Assembly (NCBI RefSeq): GCF_000142905.1
Contig: NW_013657649.1
Location: 186,001-250,000 of the forward strand
Length of the DNA stretch: 64,000 bases
Source: Thecamonas trahens ATCC 50062
Taxonomy: Eukaryota; Protista; Apusomonadida
Direction: 5' to 3'
Numbering within the stretch: position 1 is the stretch's first letter; every line of letters starts with the position of its first letter. This document shows positions 50,901-64,000 of this stretch, piece after piece. Under the pieces are notes generated by a model, which was given only the letters and a program-made list of their open reading frames with translations, was not told where the DNA came from and made no database searches. Both the position numbers and the translations under genes were made by a program.

Positions 50901-53900
50901 GGCCAGGGCGCCATGCCGGGCATCCAGCTGGTGAGCCCGTCCATATCAGAGGTCGATGAGGATGTGGACGACTCGCTGCTGGGATCCATGTCAGTCGAGG
51001 CCGTCTGCGTCCTTCCTCCCGGCCCTCCCGGCCTCTGCATGCTCTCGTTTGCGCTCGACGGCGAGGCCTTTGTCGACGTTCCCTCCAAAATCTACTACTA
51101 TGACGCAGACGGCTTCTCGCAACTCTCGTTCTCACCGCGGTCCGGCCCGACCTCTGGCGGCACACCGCTCAAGATTAGTGTCAACAGCCTTGCGCCGCTG
51201 CTGGACCACATTGACGTGGTGGTGATCAAGTTTGACTCGGGCGTCACGCCGCCGGTTGTGGTCAAGGGCGAGATTCGCAGCGGCGAGACCATCACTGCCT
51301 TTGCTCCTCCGCTCGCGCTCGGACCCCACCAGGTCTCGTTCTCGCTCGACTCGGAGACCTGGATTCCGTTTGAGCGGAGGTTCCATGCCTATGAGCAGCC
51401 TGCGGTCTCCATCTCCCCGCAGTCGGCGTCGACCGCACACTACACTCACGTGGTGGTCACCTGCTCCAACGACCACTTTGTCTCCCTCGGCATGGTCCCG
51501 GTCCTCCTCCGGTTCTCGTCGACTACCTCGGTGCAGCCCATCGAGTTTGAGGTCCGCGGCCTGGCGCGGACCTACCTGCGTGCGCTCTCCACAAGCCAAG
51601 CGGCCGAGGCCATGATTGCCGTCAACGAGCCGCACAGTGAGCCGTGCGAGACCAGCGACGGCGAGATGCGCGAGTCTGCGCTGTCGGGCTTGGCAACGTC
51701 AGAGGTCGAGCATGCGCTCCGGGCTGTGTGGCGTGACGCCGAGCCTGTCCTCGACTTTCTCATTCCGCCTGACATTGCGCTGCCTGGCGAGTACTATGTC
51801 TCGCTCTCGCTCAACGGGCGGATCTACGGGCACGACGACTCGGACGCGCCGTTCCGGTTCTACGATCCGCCGATTGCCGACAACGTCGCGCCACCGCTTG
51901 TCCCGGCGTCCGGCGGCTCGCACATTACTGTGTCTGGCAGTCAGTTCCCGCGACAGGGCAAGCTGCTCATGGGCCTTGTGCCCCTCAGCGACTACTTTTC
52001 CTGGCTTGAGGACTCGAGCTCGTACGACGAGGTGACTTTGGATCAAGACGAGGAGATGCATTTGGTGCACGTACTGGAGGGTGCGCTGGCAGCGCGGCGG
52101 CTTGACCTCGCCACAGCACATCGGTCGCACGCTGGCGCTGCAGCCGGGCGCGGCATGAAGAGCTCGCTCGCCTCGGACATGGGCTATGCGAGTCGCGACG
52201 GCCCGTCTCGCATGCCTTCGCCTCGTCACTCGCTCTCCCCAGGCGATGTGCGCACGATGCGTGGCTCGGCCTCGCTGGCCTCACTCTCGTCGGCTTCGGG
52301 CGTGCATCCGCAGTACCAGCGGGCATTCAAGGCCTCGCTGCTCGCAGTCTCACCCATTCAACTCCGATTCCACAGCGACCGCGAGCTAAGCGGCGTGGTA
52401 CCGGCACTGGCGCCGACCACGTACGCTGCCTTTATCTCGTACAACGGCGGCGAGACGTACCACTTTTGCTCGCGCTTTCTCCTCCACGCCTACACCGAGC
52501 CTGTTGTTGCCGGCGTGGCACCCACCAACGGCCCGACCATGGGTCTTCCTGACGTTCGGCTGCAGGTGGCAGACCCGGCACAGCTTGTGGCGCTCTCGCG
52601 AATTGACATGTCTGCCGCGCGAGTCGCGCTTGTGCCGGTCGACCCGACAACAGGCATGTGTAACCCACCCTCGGCGCCGGCCGGCGGTGGCCCGCGGCCG
52701 GGCTCGCGGCCGACTGGCGGCGCAAGCTCGGGAGCGGAAGCCGCCCGGGCCGGCCCGCGCCGGCGAACCTCGAACCTGGACTCGAACACCGCCGATGCAT
52801 GGAGTATGTCCGGAGGCGCGATGGCGTCCAATGCGGAAAAGGTCGTCGTCCCAGTCCACCTGTTTTTCGAGACGGCGACCGGTCACCGGGTCGCGGCATC
52901 CCAACTCGAGTCCTCGCTCTCGGACGCCATGGGCCAGCTCACGTATTTGGGGCAGTACTTTCCACCATCGAACCCGGACGGCTCGTCGACAAGCGGATAC
53001 GGCCACGGGCGGACAGCGTCGCGATCAGGCCAGAGCGGGTACGGCGGCGGGCAGGGCGGGCGAGGCGGTCCTGGCGCTAGCGGCACGCCAGTCGCGGGCG
53101 GTGACGGCCAGCTGCCGCCAAGAGCGTTCATGCCACTCGAGGCTGCGCTCATGCATGGCCTCATCACGTACGACATGTACACAGTGGAACGCCGGGCGAT
53201 CGACGCCACTCGGATCTCGCTCATCGACTCGCTCTCGGGCTACTTTGCTTTTGATGTGGCGGCGTCGACGTCGCCGATCCAGTATGGCGTCTTTCTCGCC
53301 GTCAACGGAGTCGATTTTGCACCGCGACCAGTGGCCACCGTCGGCGGAGATAAGCTCGGCTCGCTCTCATCACTCGGCTCGTTTTCGTCGCGCCATCTCT
53401 CGCTGGAGATCCCGCACCCACCGCTCTTTACCATGCTCGAGCCACCGGTTGTCGACACCATCTCGCCCGAGTTTTTGGTCAACACCGGCGGGACACGGGT
53501 GACCATCTCCGGCCGCAACCTAGCGACGGCAACCCTCTTCTGCAAGTTTGTGCGGCAAGGCGGGGCCGGAAGCGACGAAGAGTTTGTCGTCCAGGCTGAG
53601 GCCTCGCCTGACGGCTCAGAGGCAGTGTGCATCACGCCACACTTTCGGGACGTCCGACCGGGTTCACTCCTGGTACTTGAGCTCTCCCACAACGGGCAGG
53701 CGTACGTTCCGGTCCCGACCTCGATCTCGCACCCGTTCCGGGTTTCTGTCCTCCCGCACGTTGAGTCGCTTTCGCCGCTCGCCGGTCCAATGGAGGGCGG
53801 GACGACGCTGCTCATCAAGGGCCATGGCCTCATCCATGTCGCCAACATCGCTGTCCGCTTCACGCTTGGCAACCGGGCGTCGACGGTGATGGGCGAGTTC

Positions 53901-56900
53901 AAGTCGTCGTCTGCCATTGCGTGCCAGACGCCGCCGGATCTGGGAGCGCCTGGCCTTGCCCGGGTCTCGGTTGCCCTCGACGGCGTCAACTTTTCCGGCA
54001 ACGGTGTCGCGTTCTGCTTTCTTCCGCCGCCGTACATTGTTCGCATGTACCCGTCGGTTGGACATGTGCTCCCGCTCGTTGGCGAGGGCGATTCGCCGGC
54101 ACCACTGCCACAGCCTGCGAGCGAGAGACGGACGTCCGAGGCTACGTTGCCGTCTCGACCGGTGAGTGCGCTCCGCGGCACGCAGCGGCGACAGTCGATT
54201 TCATCGTACACCGTCAACGACATAGACGACCTTGCGCGGCTGGTTGCGATGCCGAACGCGCACGAAACGAGCACGCCGCGGCGCGGCATGCTCGACGTGA
54301 GCGAGGTACACAAGAGGCGGACGCGGTCGCCATCGATTGTGCGACCTGGCCAGCCGCGGCACGTGGTGGTGCTCTCGGCCACTGCTGTTTGTTGTGGCGA
54401 CTTTTCGCACCCGCTCATCCGATTCCGACAGGACGGTGCGACGTCAGGCTCGATGGAGAAGCTAGCGCTCTCCAAGTCGCGACTCCAGCTGGCGCTGGAA
54501 GACTTTGAGACCAAGCGGGTAATGTCGGCCAACGCCCAGCTAGAGACCGACTCGCCGCTGGCTTCGCACTACGACGAGCTATTCGCCGAGTCCGAGGCCG
54601 ACATCAACACGTTGCTCTCTCGCGAGGATCTCGTGCGATTCCAACTGCCATCGGCGCTCTGCCGCAAGCCCGGACTGGTCTTTGTCGATGTTTCGGTCGA
54701 CGGCGGGGCGACGTACACCTCTGGCGGCGAGTTTGAGATCGTGGCCTTTCCGCGGCTTGGCCTCCTCTCACCGTGGTGCGGACCTGCCGGAGCTTCGCGG
54801 GTCATATCGTTTGTCGGCCTTGGCATCGACAAGATGGCCTACCTCCGGCTTGTCCCACTCGCCACACGATCCGCGCTGGTCGAGCTGCAGGCGTCGGGGC
54901 AGGCGTCGGGATCGTCGCTGAGCCCAACAGCCCGGCTCGGGCTGGGCATGGTCGAGGACGAGGAGGACGACCTCGGTGTGCTTGGTCCTTTTCCGCTCAA
55001 AGTCATTGGGCAGCTCCACGTCTCGACTCTACTCAACGTGGCAGCACCAGCGCTCCTCGCAGCCTACAAGCCGATGGCGATGAGTGAGACTGGCGGCGCG
55101 TCGTCATCGCTTCTGGACACGGGTAGTGCGCTCGACGGGGCGAACGCCAAGTCGGTCCGCGACGAGGCTGGCGCACTGGCACTCCTCCACAAGCTGCAGC
55201 GGCTTGTGGAGAACCCAAAAGATGTCTCGCTTGTGACATGCAAACTCACAAGCTTTCCGGGCTGGCGTGGCCACTACGAACTCCAAGTTGGTCTCTCCTC
55301 TGACGGCCCCTTCCGCGCACTTGCGAGCGACGCGGAGCTAGTTGATGTGCTCACGGCCCAGTACGTCGACGTCGACAGTCCGAGCGGCGACGATGAGGCC
55401 AGCGATGTTTCACCGGCACCTAGCCAGCTGTCGGCGACGGCCAGTCCGAAGCCAGCGACGCCACAGCGGGCAAGCAGCGCTGGCGACTCCGGTATTGGCA
55501 CCTTTTGGCTCTTTGACGAGGCATCGGTTCTGAATGGTGCGGTCATAGAGCCACAGCATGGGCCGCTGACGGGTGGTATCAACGTTGCTGTGGTTCTGAC
55601 ATCCAACGACAGCGACAATGACGACGACGACGATGGGGATGGTGTTGGTGGTGGTGAAGTTTGGAGCGCCGTACTTGCTCGGCAAGCTGCTAGGATGCGG
55701 GTTGCACCCAGATACGCTTCGCTACCGCCTGTGGTTGTTCTCCGCTCACGCGATGGACAGCAAGTGACGACACAGGCCGAGTTTACGATGCCGCACCGAA
55801 TCGAGTTTGTTATGCCGAGAATGGCCGATTCAGGCCTAGTCACGGTCTTTGTGGGCCTCGACGGACTCGATGCTTCACAGCTTCCTGTCGGGCACTTTGA
55901 GGTGTTTGAAGAGCCACGGGTGAACAAGACGGTGGCGCTTGGCCCAGTGGGCATGCTCCACGGTACGCATCTTATGCCCAACTTTCCTCTCCTCGCCTAC
56001 CGCGACTGGAACGAGGCAGAGACACCGGAGCATCGGCTTGGCGACTCTGGGCTTCACCTGCCGCTTGTGCGGATTTCGGCCAGCGGCGGCGGCGGCGGCG
56101 GTGAAGAGAGCAGCAATCCCGTCGTTGTGGCAGCATACGGGACGACGACATCGCTTGCCTTTCATGTGCCGGATGCATTCCTCGGCGACGCGGTGGACCA
56201 CGAGCAAAAGGTTGTGCTTGGCCTCGAGCTCTCGTGTGACGGCGGAGCACGGTTCTCCAACGTGGGCAAGCTCCAGATCGACCCACACATTCACGACACG
56301 GTGCAAATGTCTGTGTACATCGAGTCAATATCTCCGATGTGCGGCCCGACGATCGGCGGGACGACAGTCGAGCTCCTCCTCGAGGGCACACCCGGGCTGG
56401 CGGGAATTCTTGTGGCCGGCTCGTCGGGCCATGAACACTCACCAACAGGCGCTACACCTGGCGTGCCAGGCCAGAGTGTGGTTGTTCCGGCCTCTCAAAA
56501 GTGTCGAATCAAGTTTTCGATGGTCGGTGAGGAGCGGGTGGTCGAGGGCGTGGTCGAGGCTGACAACGAGACGCCGCCGTCATCGTCGGGACGGGTGAGA
56601 ATCCGAATTCTTTGCGAGACACCACGGTTTCTGGCACCGGGCCTCGCACAGGTCCAGGTTGCGCTGGTAGGCACCTCGTTTGTGGAGTCATTTTCGGCCT
56701 CGTTCTGCTTCCTGCCGCCGTCGCAGGTGGAGAGCATTTCGCCACCGGTGATTGCACGAACGGCAGCGTCGACGATATTGACCCTCCGCGGCGAGGGCCT
56801 AGTGACCGGCCAGCTCACACCGCCGGCGTTCATGCTGGTGTGTGGTGGCAATGGCGAGCCGCTGGACGGATCGGAGGTCGAGGTTGTTCTCCCGGCACGT

Positions 56901-59900
56901 CTCCAAGTAGTGCTCCGCAACCTCGTTGACTCACGGCGGGCGATCCCACTCTCGCTTGTGGGGCACACGCTCGCAAAGACCTTCCTCAAGAGCCTGTACA
57001 CGTCTGCGGCGGATGCGGTGGCGTCGGCGATGAGCGAGGGCGACATGCTTGTTGTCCGAGCGAAGCTTGACTCAGCAATCCCGCGCGAACTGGCCGTACT
57101 GGGCCTGGAGTCTAACGCTACCACTGTGGCCGAGCCGTTGATTGTGGTCAATCCCGATGACGAGATTGAGGACGACGCCGATGCTGTGGCTGAAGCGATG
57201 CGACGGAACGAGATCGAGACGGTGACGCCGAGCTCTGGCCCGGCGGCTGGCGGAACACGCCTCACGGTTCGGCTCCGGTCGACACTGTTTGACGTTTCGA
57301 GTGTGTTTGGTAGCTCTGCCGGCACGGGCTTCGTCTCGAGCTTCCAGCATATGCCGTCGGGCGGGTCAATTGACTCTGTCGAGGCAAATTCGGTGTCGGG
57401 TGAGTCGGACCTGAGCCCGGCCGAGTTGTCACCTCCGCCCCGTGCTTTGCACGTTGCAGCGCCGCGGGCAGCGTCATCTGCCCACCTCTACGGTAGCCGC
57501 GAGAACTTGGATCAAGCAGACGATGAGCCTCTCCGTGGAGCAATTGTCGCCTTTCTCCGGCGTTGCAAGGGGTGCATGGCCAAATCACGGAGCACAACGT
57601 CGACTCAAGCTGGGCTCTCGTGCTCGTGCTGGTGCGTGACCATGTCTGCACAACAGGTGAGCACAGGTGTGTTCGAGGCGGTGACGCCTGCTATGGAACA
57701 CTCGCAATGGGGCGTGCTGGGCCTGGTGAGCGTGCTGGTAGCGCCGCTGGCACGGCTCGGTTCGGAGCGCCGTTGCGTTCACCCACTTGTTCCTCACCAT
57801 GCACACCTTTTTGAGCCTGTTGGCACATTCTGGGTGTACCAGGTGCCTCGGCTGGCATCTTTGCGGCCTTGTGTGGCATCGCTGGCGTCACGAACGCGTG
57901 TCGAGCTGCAGCTGCCGCGGCCAGTGATCGGGCCAGCCGAAGTGGTGCGCGGCAAGTGCAGGGTGAGCATCGCGTTCCCTGGCGGCCGCAAGCTGTTCCT
58001 GGATGCGGACGTGGTCTCGTCGTCGACAATTGCGTTTGAGCTCCCGTCGCGAGCTGAGCTCAGTGCGATGTATCCAGAGCTGAACAGCGCCCTTGCGGCG
58101 GGCTTGCAGCGGAGCGACTCTCGGGCACTGCTGACGTCTGACGGCGAGCTGCAGGTCCGGCACCAGGCGGCACTGGAAGTGAGTGTGGCACTCAACTCGG
58201 AGCAGATGAGCGAACCGGTGGCGGCGATGCTTGTGCACGCCGAGCTGGAGGTGTCGCACATGGTGTCGCTTCCCAAGGTGCTGGCGACCAAAGTGGGAGT
58301 GGGCATGCTTGTTGGCGAGTACTGTGGACCAGTGCTTCCACTCTCTGCCGTGACGGACGCTATGCATCACGTGGAACATCATGTCGATCCACGGCATGAG
58401 AGCGCGACGTCACGGACGAGCAAGACTATGATATCCGTGTCGATGCTGCGGTCTGCAGTGCTCTCGTCATCACTCTCGTCTCGCGATTCGCGCGGCTCGT
58501 CGCACTCGCCTCGCAGCAGCAAGGCCACACCTGCGCTGCGGGTATCCAACTGCTTTGTATGGCTGGCAACGCCCGACTCATTGCCAGAGAGTGCGATAGA
58601 GACCGGAGTCATGCGCGAACCGCCAAGCGAAGAAGTGGTGCCTGGCTACGGCTTCCAGTCGCGGATAGTGTTCCCACTGGCCAAGTCTGTGGCGAGTGCG
58701 CCCAAGCTCCACGTCTTTGTCTCTGTTGACTATGGCGTCGAGTTCAAGTGTGTGACGCAGTTCTCGTCGAACCGGGTGCCTTTGCGACGGCGTTGGCGCC
58801 GTCGACGGGCCCGTCGTCAGGTGGGACGCGGGCAACCATCCAGTTTGCTGCCGACGGCCCAGCACTTCCTCCGACACTGTACATTCGGCTCGAGTCGTTC
58901 AATCTTGTACTGGGTCCGCTGGAGGTCGACGTTGATGCCGGCGAGGTTTCGTTTCACATGCCCGCACTGCGTCTGGATGCGGATATGCTTGCTGACCATG
59001 ACGGCGGCAACGAGGGCGACGGACTTGCGGCGTCGGTCTCGCTGGCCTCTGTGGCTATGGCGGGCGGGAAAGGCAGTGGGAGCGGAGGAAACGGAGCGCT
59101 GATGGTCAAGGGCGGGCGGGTAGCGTCAGGGACGTTCCGGCAGCGTGGACGGGCGGGCTCGGTGACCTCGCAGGTGCGCATGCCCGACGGCAGTGGCATG
59201 GGTAGCACTGGCGGGCCACCCAGCTCGCTGGCCAGCCTCGTGTCCACGCCGTCGTTGAGCGAGGGCGGGGCCAGAGGGCGACGGTCGCACAAGCTGAGGA
59301 CTCGGATTGGGCTCTCAATTGATGGAGGCACGACGTTTGTCAAACAAGGCTCTGCGGTCTCGTTTACCTTTTTCGAGGAGCCGATGGTTGATCGAGTCTC
59401 GCCGAGGCTCATTCCGCTTGACGTGTCGTCACAGGTCTCGATTTATGGGACTGGGCTTGCGCCGCACGCGGCGGCGAGCAAGAGAGACGGGCGTGGCGTT
59501 CTGGTCCGGCTGCTACCCAAGGCCAAGATCGGCAAGCTGCCTGCAAGCATGGAACGGCGGCGTGCACTTGTGGCGCGCGAGTCGTGGGCCACCATATTGC
59601 CGCTGGCGGACTTGACTGACGGCGAGGCGGTGTTTCAGCTCCAGCCCGAGTCGCTGGCAGTGGTGCGACCCGGGCTGTTCTGGCTGGCGTTCTCGTACAA
59701 CACTGGCATCGACTGGGTCATCTTTACCGAGCTTGTCATGCTGTACGACACCGGCGGTGGAGCGGCGAACCTCTTTCCATCATCAGGCCTCATTCGCGGC
59801 GGCCGGCGGCTGGAAGTGGTCCCGAGCCACTCGCTGCGGCTACAGCCACGGGCCGATGTCTCTGTCTTTGACGTAGTCGTCCGGTTTGATGTCGACAGGT

Positions 59901-62900
59901 CGATGGCACGGGCAGGCCAGACAAGCTCGTCGCGGGTGCCGCTGTCGGTGGGCGGCGCCGAGCCGGTGATCGTGCAAGGCGAGCTGGAGTGGGTCCGGCG
60001 GCTCGAGGGCGAGGCGGCCGGTGATTGGGTGGTGGTTTGCAGGAAGGTGCCACCGTTGTTTGCCTCGATTGTGCACATGATGAGTGCGCTTGTGACGTAC
60101 TCGCTCGACGGCGGGCGGGTGTTTGGCGAGGCCTCGGCTGTGTTCAACCTCTTCCCCACCCCGACGCTTGACTCGATTGCGCCGTCGAACGGGTTCTGCA
60201 CAGGAGGCACGACGCTCACACTGCGTGGCGGGTTCCCGACAAGCATCGACGGCGCGCCCCGGGTTCAAGTCCGATTCACGGTCCGCCGCATCCTTGGTGA
60301 GAGCGAGGAGCCCATTGGCATTGGCGGCGGCGAGGGCAGCAGGAGCGAGAGTGGCAGAGACGGCGACAAGAGCGGCGAGTCCGACGACGAGTCTAGCTGC
60401 GATAGCGTTGCGAGTGGTCAGCTCAGCGGGGATACCGGCGGCGTGACGCGCGTTTCTGCCGACGGGCGGTATGAGGAGATGGAGGTGACGGTGCCTGCAA
60501 GCTCTGTGTCTGGATCGACGGTTGTTGTGTCTGCGCCTGCGGTGCCGTGGTCGTCGCTCTCGACGGCGGTGCTCTCCCTTTCGTTTGATGGCGGGGCGTC
60601 ATGGGTCTCGTACGACGAGCCCGCGCTTCAGTTTCAGTTTACAGGCCGGCCGCGCGTGCATGGCTTCTCGCCGTCATTTGGTGTCTCTCACCAGGAGCAC
60701 GACATCGACTTAGCGGTCACTGGCCTCACGCCTGTGCTTGACGAGATGTCGTCTGTGGTCATTGCGCTCAAGCCTGTGGCGGACGAGGGATCCGGAGACG
60801 AGGGCGAGGTGAAGAGTGGTCCTGCGATCTTGGTCTCAACGACTGTACCGGAGCTTTCCGAACTGATGGCGATGCGCGCACCGCTTGCACGAAGCATGGA
60901 CGCGCTTGCGCGTGTGGCGGCGTCTGTCTTTTCCAAGGACGTGCGGCAGGTGCTTCTCTTGCAACGCGCGGCGTGCCAGGCGGAGCTAGAGGCGAAGCTT
61001 GCACCCAGGCTTGCGGACGTGCAGAGCATTTCGGTGCGAGTCCCGATGCTCGAGGCCGTGGGCCCGTACGGGGTGGGCATTGCGCTCAACGGAACGCAGT
61101 TTGTGTACTGCGAGACGTCTGCGTATCACTCGTTTGAGCGGATCCGGATCACGTCGATTTCACCGTCGCATGTGTTTGCGAGCAAGCCAATCACGCTCAC
61201 GCTCCATGGAAACTTTGTTGATCTTGGCGGGGCCCGGGTCTCGTTTTCACGGGTGCTACCGTCAGGTGAGCTTGCCGCACCGATTGTGGTGCCGGCTAGG
61301 CTTGGCGAGGCAGATGCCAGCGAGACGGCTGCAGCTGCCGCGATGATGTCGATGGGACGGTCGACGTCGCGAGACACGGTGCTTGTGGCGACGACACCGG
61401 CGCTGCCGCCGTCAACCGAGTTTGTGGTCGAGGTGTCGCTGGCCGACCTGCCGTTTACACGACAGCACCGATACGTGCTCAAGTCGATGCCAATTCCTCG
61501 GATTACCGAGGTGGTACCAGCGGTACTTCCGGAGGGATTCTCAGACCCGATCAAGCTGATGGGGACAAACTTTGGCACGGCGCCGATTGTGGAGCTTGTG
61601 TTTGGCCCATCGAACGGGCGCGGGAGCGGGGCTGGCGGCAGCGAGTCACGGCGGCGACGGCGCGGAGCCAGTGGCGCCGGCGACAGCAGCCGCGAGAGTC
61701 GCGGTGGCGGCGGCATTGTCATGGCTCCACTACCCAGCTGCGATGGCGAAGACGAGGTGCAAATCAAGCGGGCAGCACGGGTGCTGTCCAAGACGGAGAT
61801 TGTGGCCGAGGCGCCTCCGTTTTCAGAGAGCCATCCGGCGCTCTCGCTCCTCCTTACCTTTAACCGGATGCAGTTTGTGGAGGCCGAGTGTGAGGTCTTG
61901 TACTTTGCACTGCGGTCGCTGGTGCCGCGAGCTGGGTCAGCTGCAGGAGAATCGCGACTTGTTCTGCGAGGCGTGTTCCCGGCCGGTGGCGCGTCGGCGG
62001 TGGCGACGGCGTCCGGCAAAGTGGCGGTCCGGTTTACGCAGTCGATGGGTGGGAGCTGGAGCAAGGTGGTGAGCGCAGTGTTTTCGCGGTCAGGTCACGA
62101 GCTGCTCTGCACCACGCCGACGTTTGATGAGGCTGTGCGCGGGCCGGTGATGGTGGAGGCGTCATACGACGGAATTCACTACACGCGGTCGCGGTTGGAG
62201 TTTATCGTGTTTGACGAGCCAACGTTCAACTCATTCTCGCCGGTGAGCCTGACGCCGTCCAAGGGCGCGATGCTTGAGCTTGCGACCGAGAACGTGACAG
62301 ATACCGGCATGTTGGGCGTCAAGTTTGTGGATGCCGTATCAAAGACCGAGGTGCATGCAGCGACGGTGCTGGTCAAGTCGAGCTCGACGGTCCTTGTCTC
62401 GCCGCCACCGTACGATCCACAGCAGGGCGACGTGGCGTACTCGGTCGAGCTGACGCTCAACAAGCAGGACTACATCCCGTGCGGCTCCGGTGAACTCTTC
62501 CGGTGGGTGCGGGTCAAAGCGGTGTTCCCGCTCGCGGCGCCTTTGCGCGGCGGGACGCCGCTGACGTTTACCGGAACCAACCTCACACCCGATGCCGAGT
62601 ACTCGGTCGCGTTCCACGGCGCCAACACGCTAGTCAACTCGGTCCTCACGCCGCTCCTCCACGGTGCAGGTGTCCTGATTAAGTCGTTCTCGATGGCGCA
62701 GCTCTCGCGATCGTTTTCGCGCCAGTCGGTGGTGTGGAGCAGCAACGACGAGACGGAAGCCGACGTGAGTGGCGCTTTGGGCTCGAAGAGCAAAAGCTTG
62801 TCCAGCTCGTCAAGTTTGCTCGAGGAACAGATGGAAGAAGAAGAAGCAATGAGCGGGAGCGGGGATGGTGACGACTTTGAGTCGATTTCGCTCTCCAGCG

Positions 62901-64000
62901 CCTCGAGCAGCTCGTCGAGCAGCGGATCTCAGCAGGCGGATGCGTATGGACCAGACGACGATTTCGAGGACTTGGGCGACGACTCATTCTCGCTGGACGA
63001 CATGAGCTGCGGAAGCGAAAGTACGGCCGAGAGCGAGGCTCCGTCTGCGGGCAGTGATGCAGCCGACACTCAATGTGGCTCAAGGTGCTCTTCGTCGGCT
63101 TCTTCGGCCACTTCGTCGTCTTCGTCTTCACTTTGCATCCAGAACGAGGCGATGTTGCCGGCTGCAGCCAAGTCGGTGTCGTCGTCGGCGGACTCGATGG
63201 TCTCGTTCCAGGCTCAGGCCTCTATGGATGTGCGGAGCATGATGGGGGTGCGAACCCAGTCTGCGGCGGCGGCGAAGAGCGGGAAGTTTGGAAGTATGGC
63301 TGGGCAGGCGAAGCGCAGCAAACTGGAGAGCGGGATGGCGTCGTCCCAACTTGCGTCTCAGTCTGAGGGCGCGATGGCTGGCTTTGGAGAGGGGTACGCG
63401 GTTGGGGCCACGTCTTTAGACTCTGACGATGGGGTGACGTCGCTCGCGTATCACAAAAGATTCGAGCTTGCGGTCGAGCCGGCGACGGGCTCTGGGCGCC
63501 ACGAGCACTTTGTCGGCTCGATGAAGGAGCCGCAACGGCCAGGGCAGTCACCGCTCTCGCGCGGCGGGAATAGCAGCTCGTCGAAAGTTATGTCGATGAA
63601 GCGGCAGCGGACCGAGGGACTGCCACCGATCAAGGTCAGGCTCGGCGTGGCGCCACCCCGTGACAGCGGTGTGCTTTGGCTGAGCTCGCTCTTTGAGCTT
63701 GGCGAGATTCACTGGCTGGAGACGCGTGCTGTCGACGAGGTCGAGTACCGCGTGGGCGTGTGCAGTGTGACGATGTTGCGGAGTGTGGAGGTGGTTGATG
63801 CAAGCTACGAAGGGTGGCAGCCGCAGTCGGATGATCTGGTAGGCTATCTCACGGTGGTGTCGCCTGGCCAGTCTGCGGTCTCTGTCCTGCAGATGATCTC
63901 TCTCCGCAGCGTGATGTCGTTCAACTCGCTGCTTGATGCCAAGGCGGCGATCGGGTCGGGCGAGGCGAGTGGCTGGATGAGCAGCACCATGTCGCCGACC
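47961..64000 (+). CDS. Giant IPT/TIG-repeat protein (>5,300 aa), partial; 1-nt frameshift near 58763; runs off the right edge
   Basis: Many xSPxxGPxxGGTx(V/L)x(I/L)xG starts and V(S/A)L(D/N)G ends. After ~58763 the shifted frame reads LVEPGAFATALAPSTGPSSGGTR and is still coding-like at the window end (EASGWMSSTMSPT). Confidence 0.8.

Noticed and set aside
61-63633. Numerous overlapping and antisense ORFs in the track, and ORFs spanning N-gaps
   Set aside because: Expected artefacts of high GC3 codon bias, low-complexity DNA and runs of N; no recognisable motifs.

Overview
Gene-dense, GC-rich eukaryotic (protist-like) draft assembly with few short GT-AG introns and four N-gaps (577-676, 2730-3287, 29158-30127, 47501-47791). 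The style fits a flagellated protist such as an apusomonad, but that is inference only. About 24 protein-coding loci are packed with short intergenic spaces rich in poly-C/G and microsatellites. Recognisable genes: an IscU exon, ICE2-like, DHHC palmitoyltransferase, a dual-specificity phosphatase, a LYR protein, an acyl-CoA dehydrogenase-like protein, PH-RapGAP-CNH, CDP-DAG synthase, CLP1, VARP-like VPS9, PCIF1/CAPAM, RSL1D1, F-box/LRR, PGS1 and GPD2. Main highlights: (1) a selenoprotein S gene that the ORF track truncates (GGC-TGA-GGA-TAA = GGUG*), with a well-formed SECIS lacking the canonical apical AA; (2) a soluble class III nucleotidyl cyclase with four catalytic domains as two complementary half-site pairs; (3) a large Lys-rich protein with ~20 SEYDTDY repeats, plus a second protein with Mn-like [TS]xYxxx[YH] motifs (candidate microtubule stabilisers); (4) a >5,300-aa IPT/TIG-repeat protein running off the window; (5) six genes each broken by exactly one missing nucleotide, most likely sequencing under-calls. 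No rRNA, tRNA, CRISPR or transposon was recognised. All family calls rest on motif recognition by eye; no database search was run.
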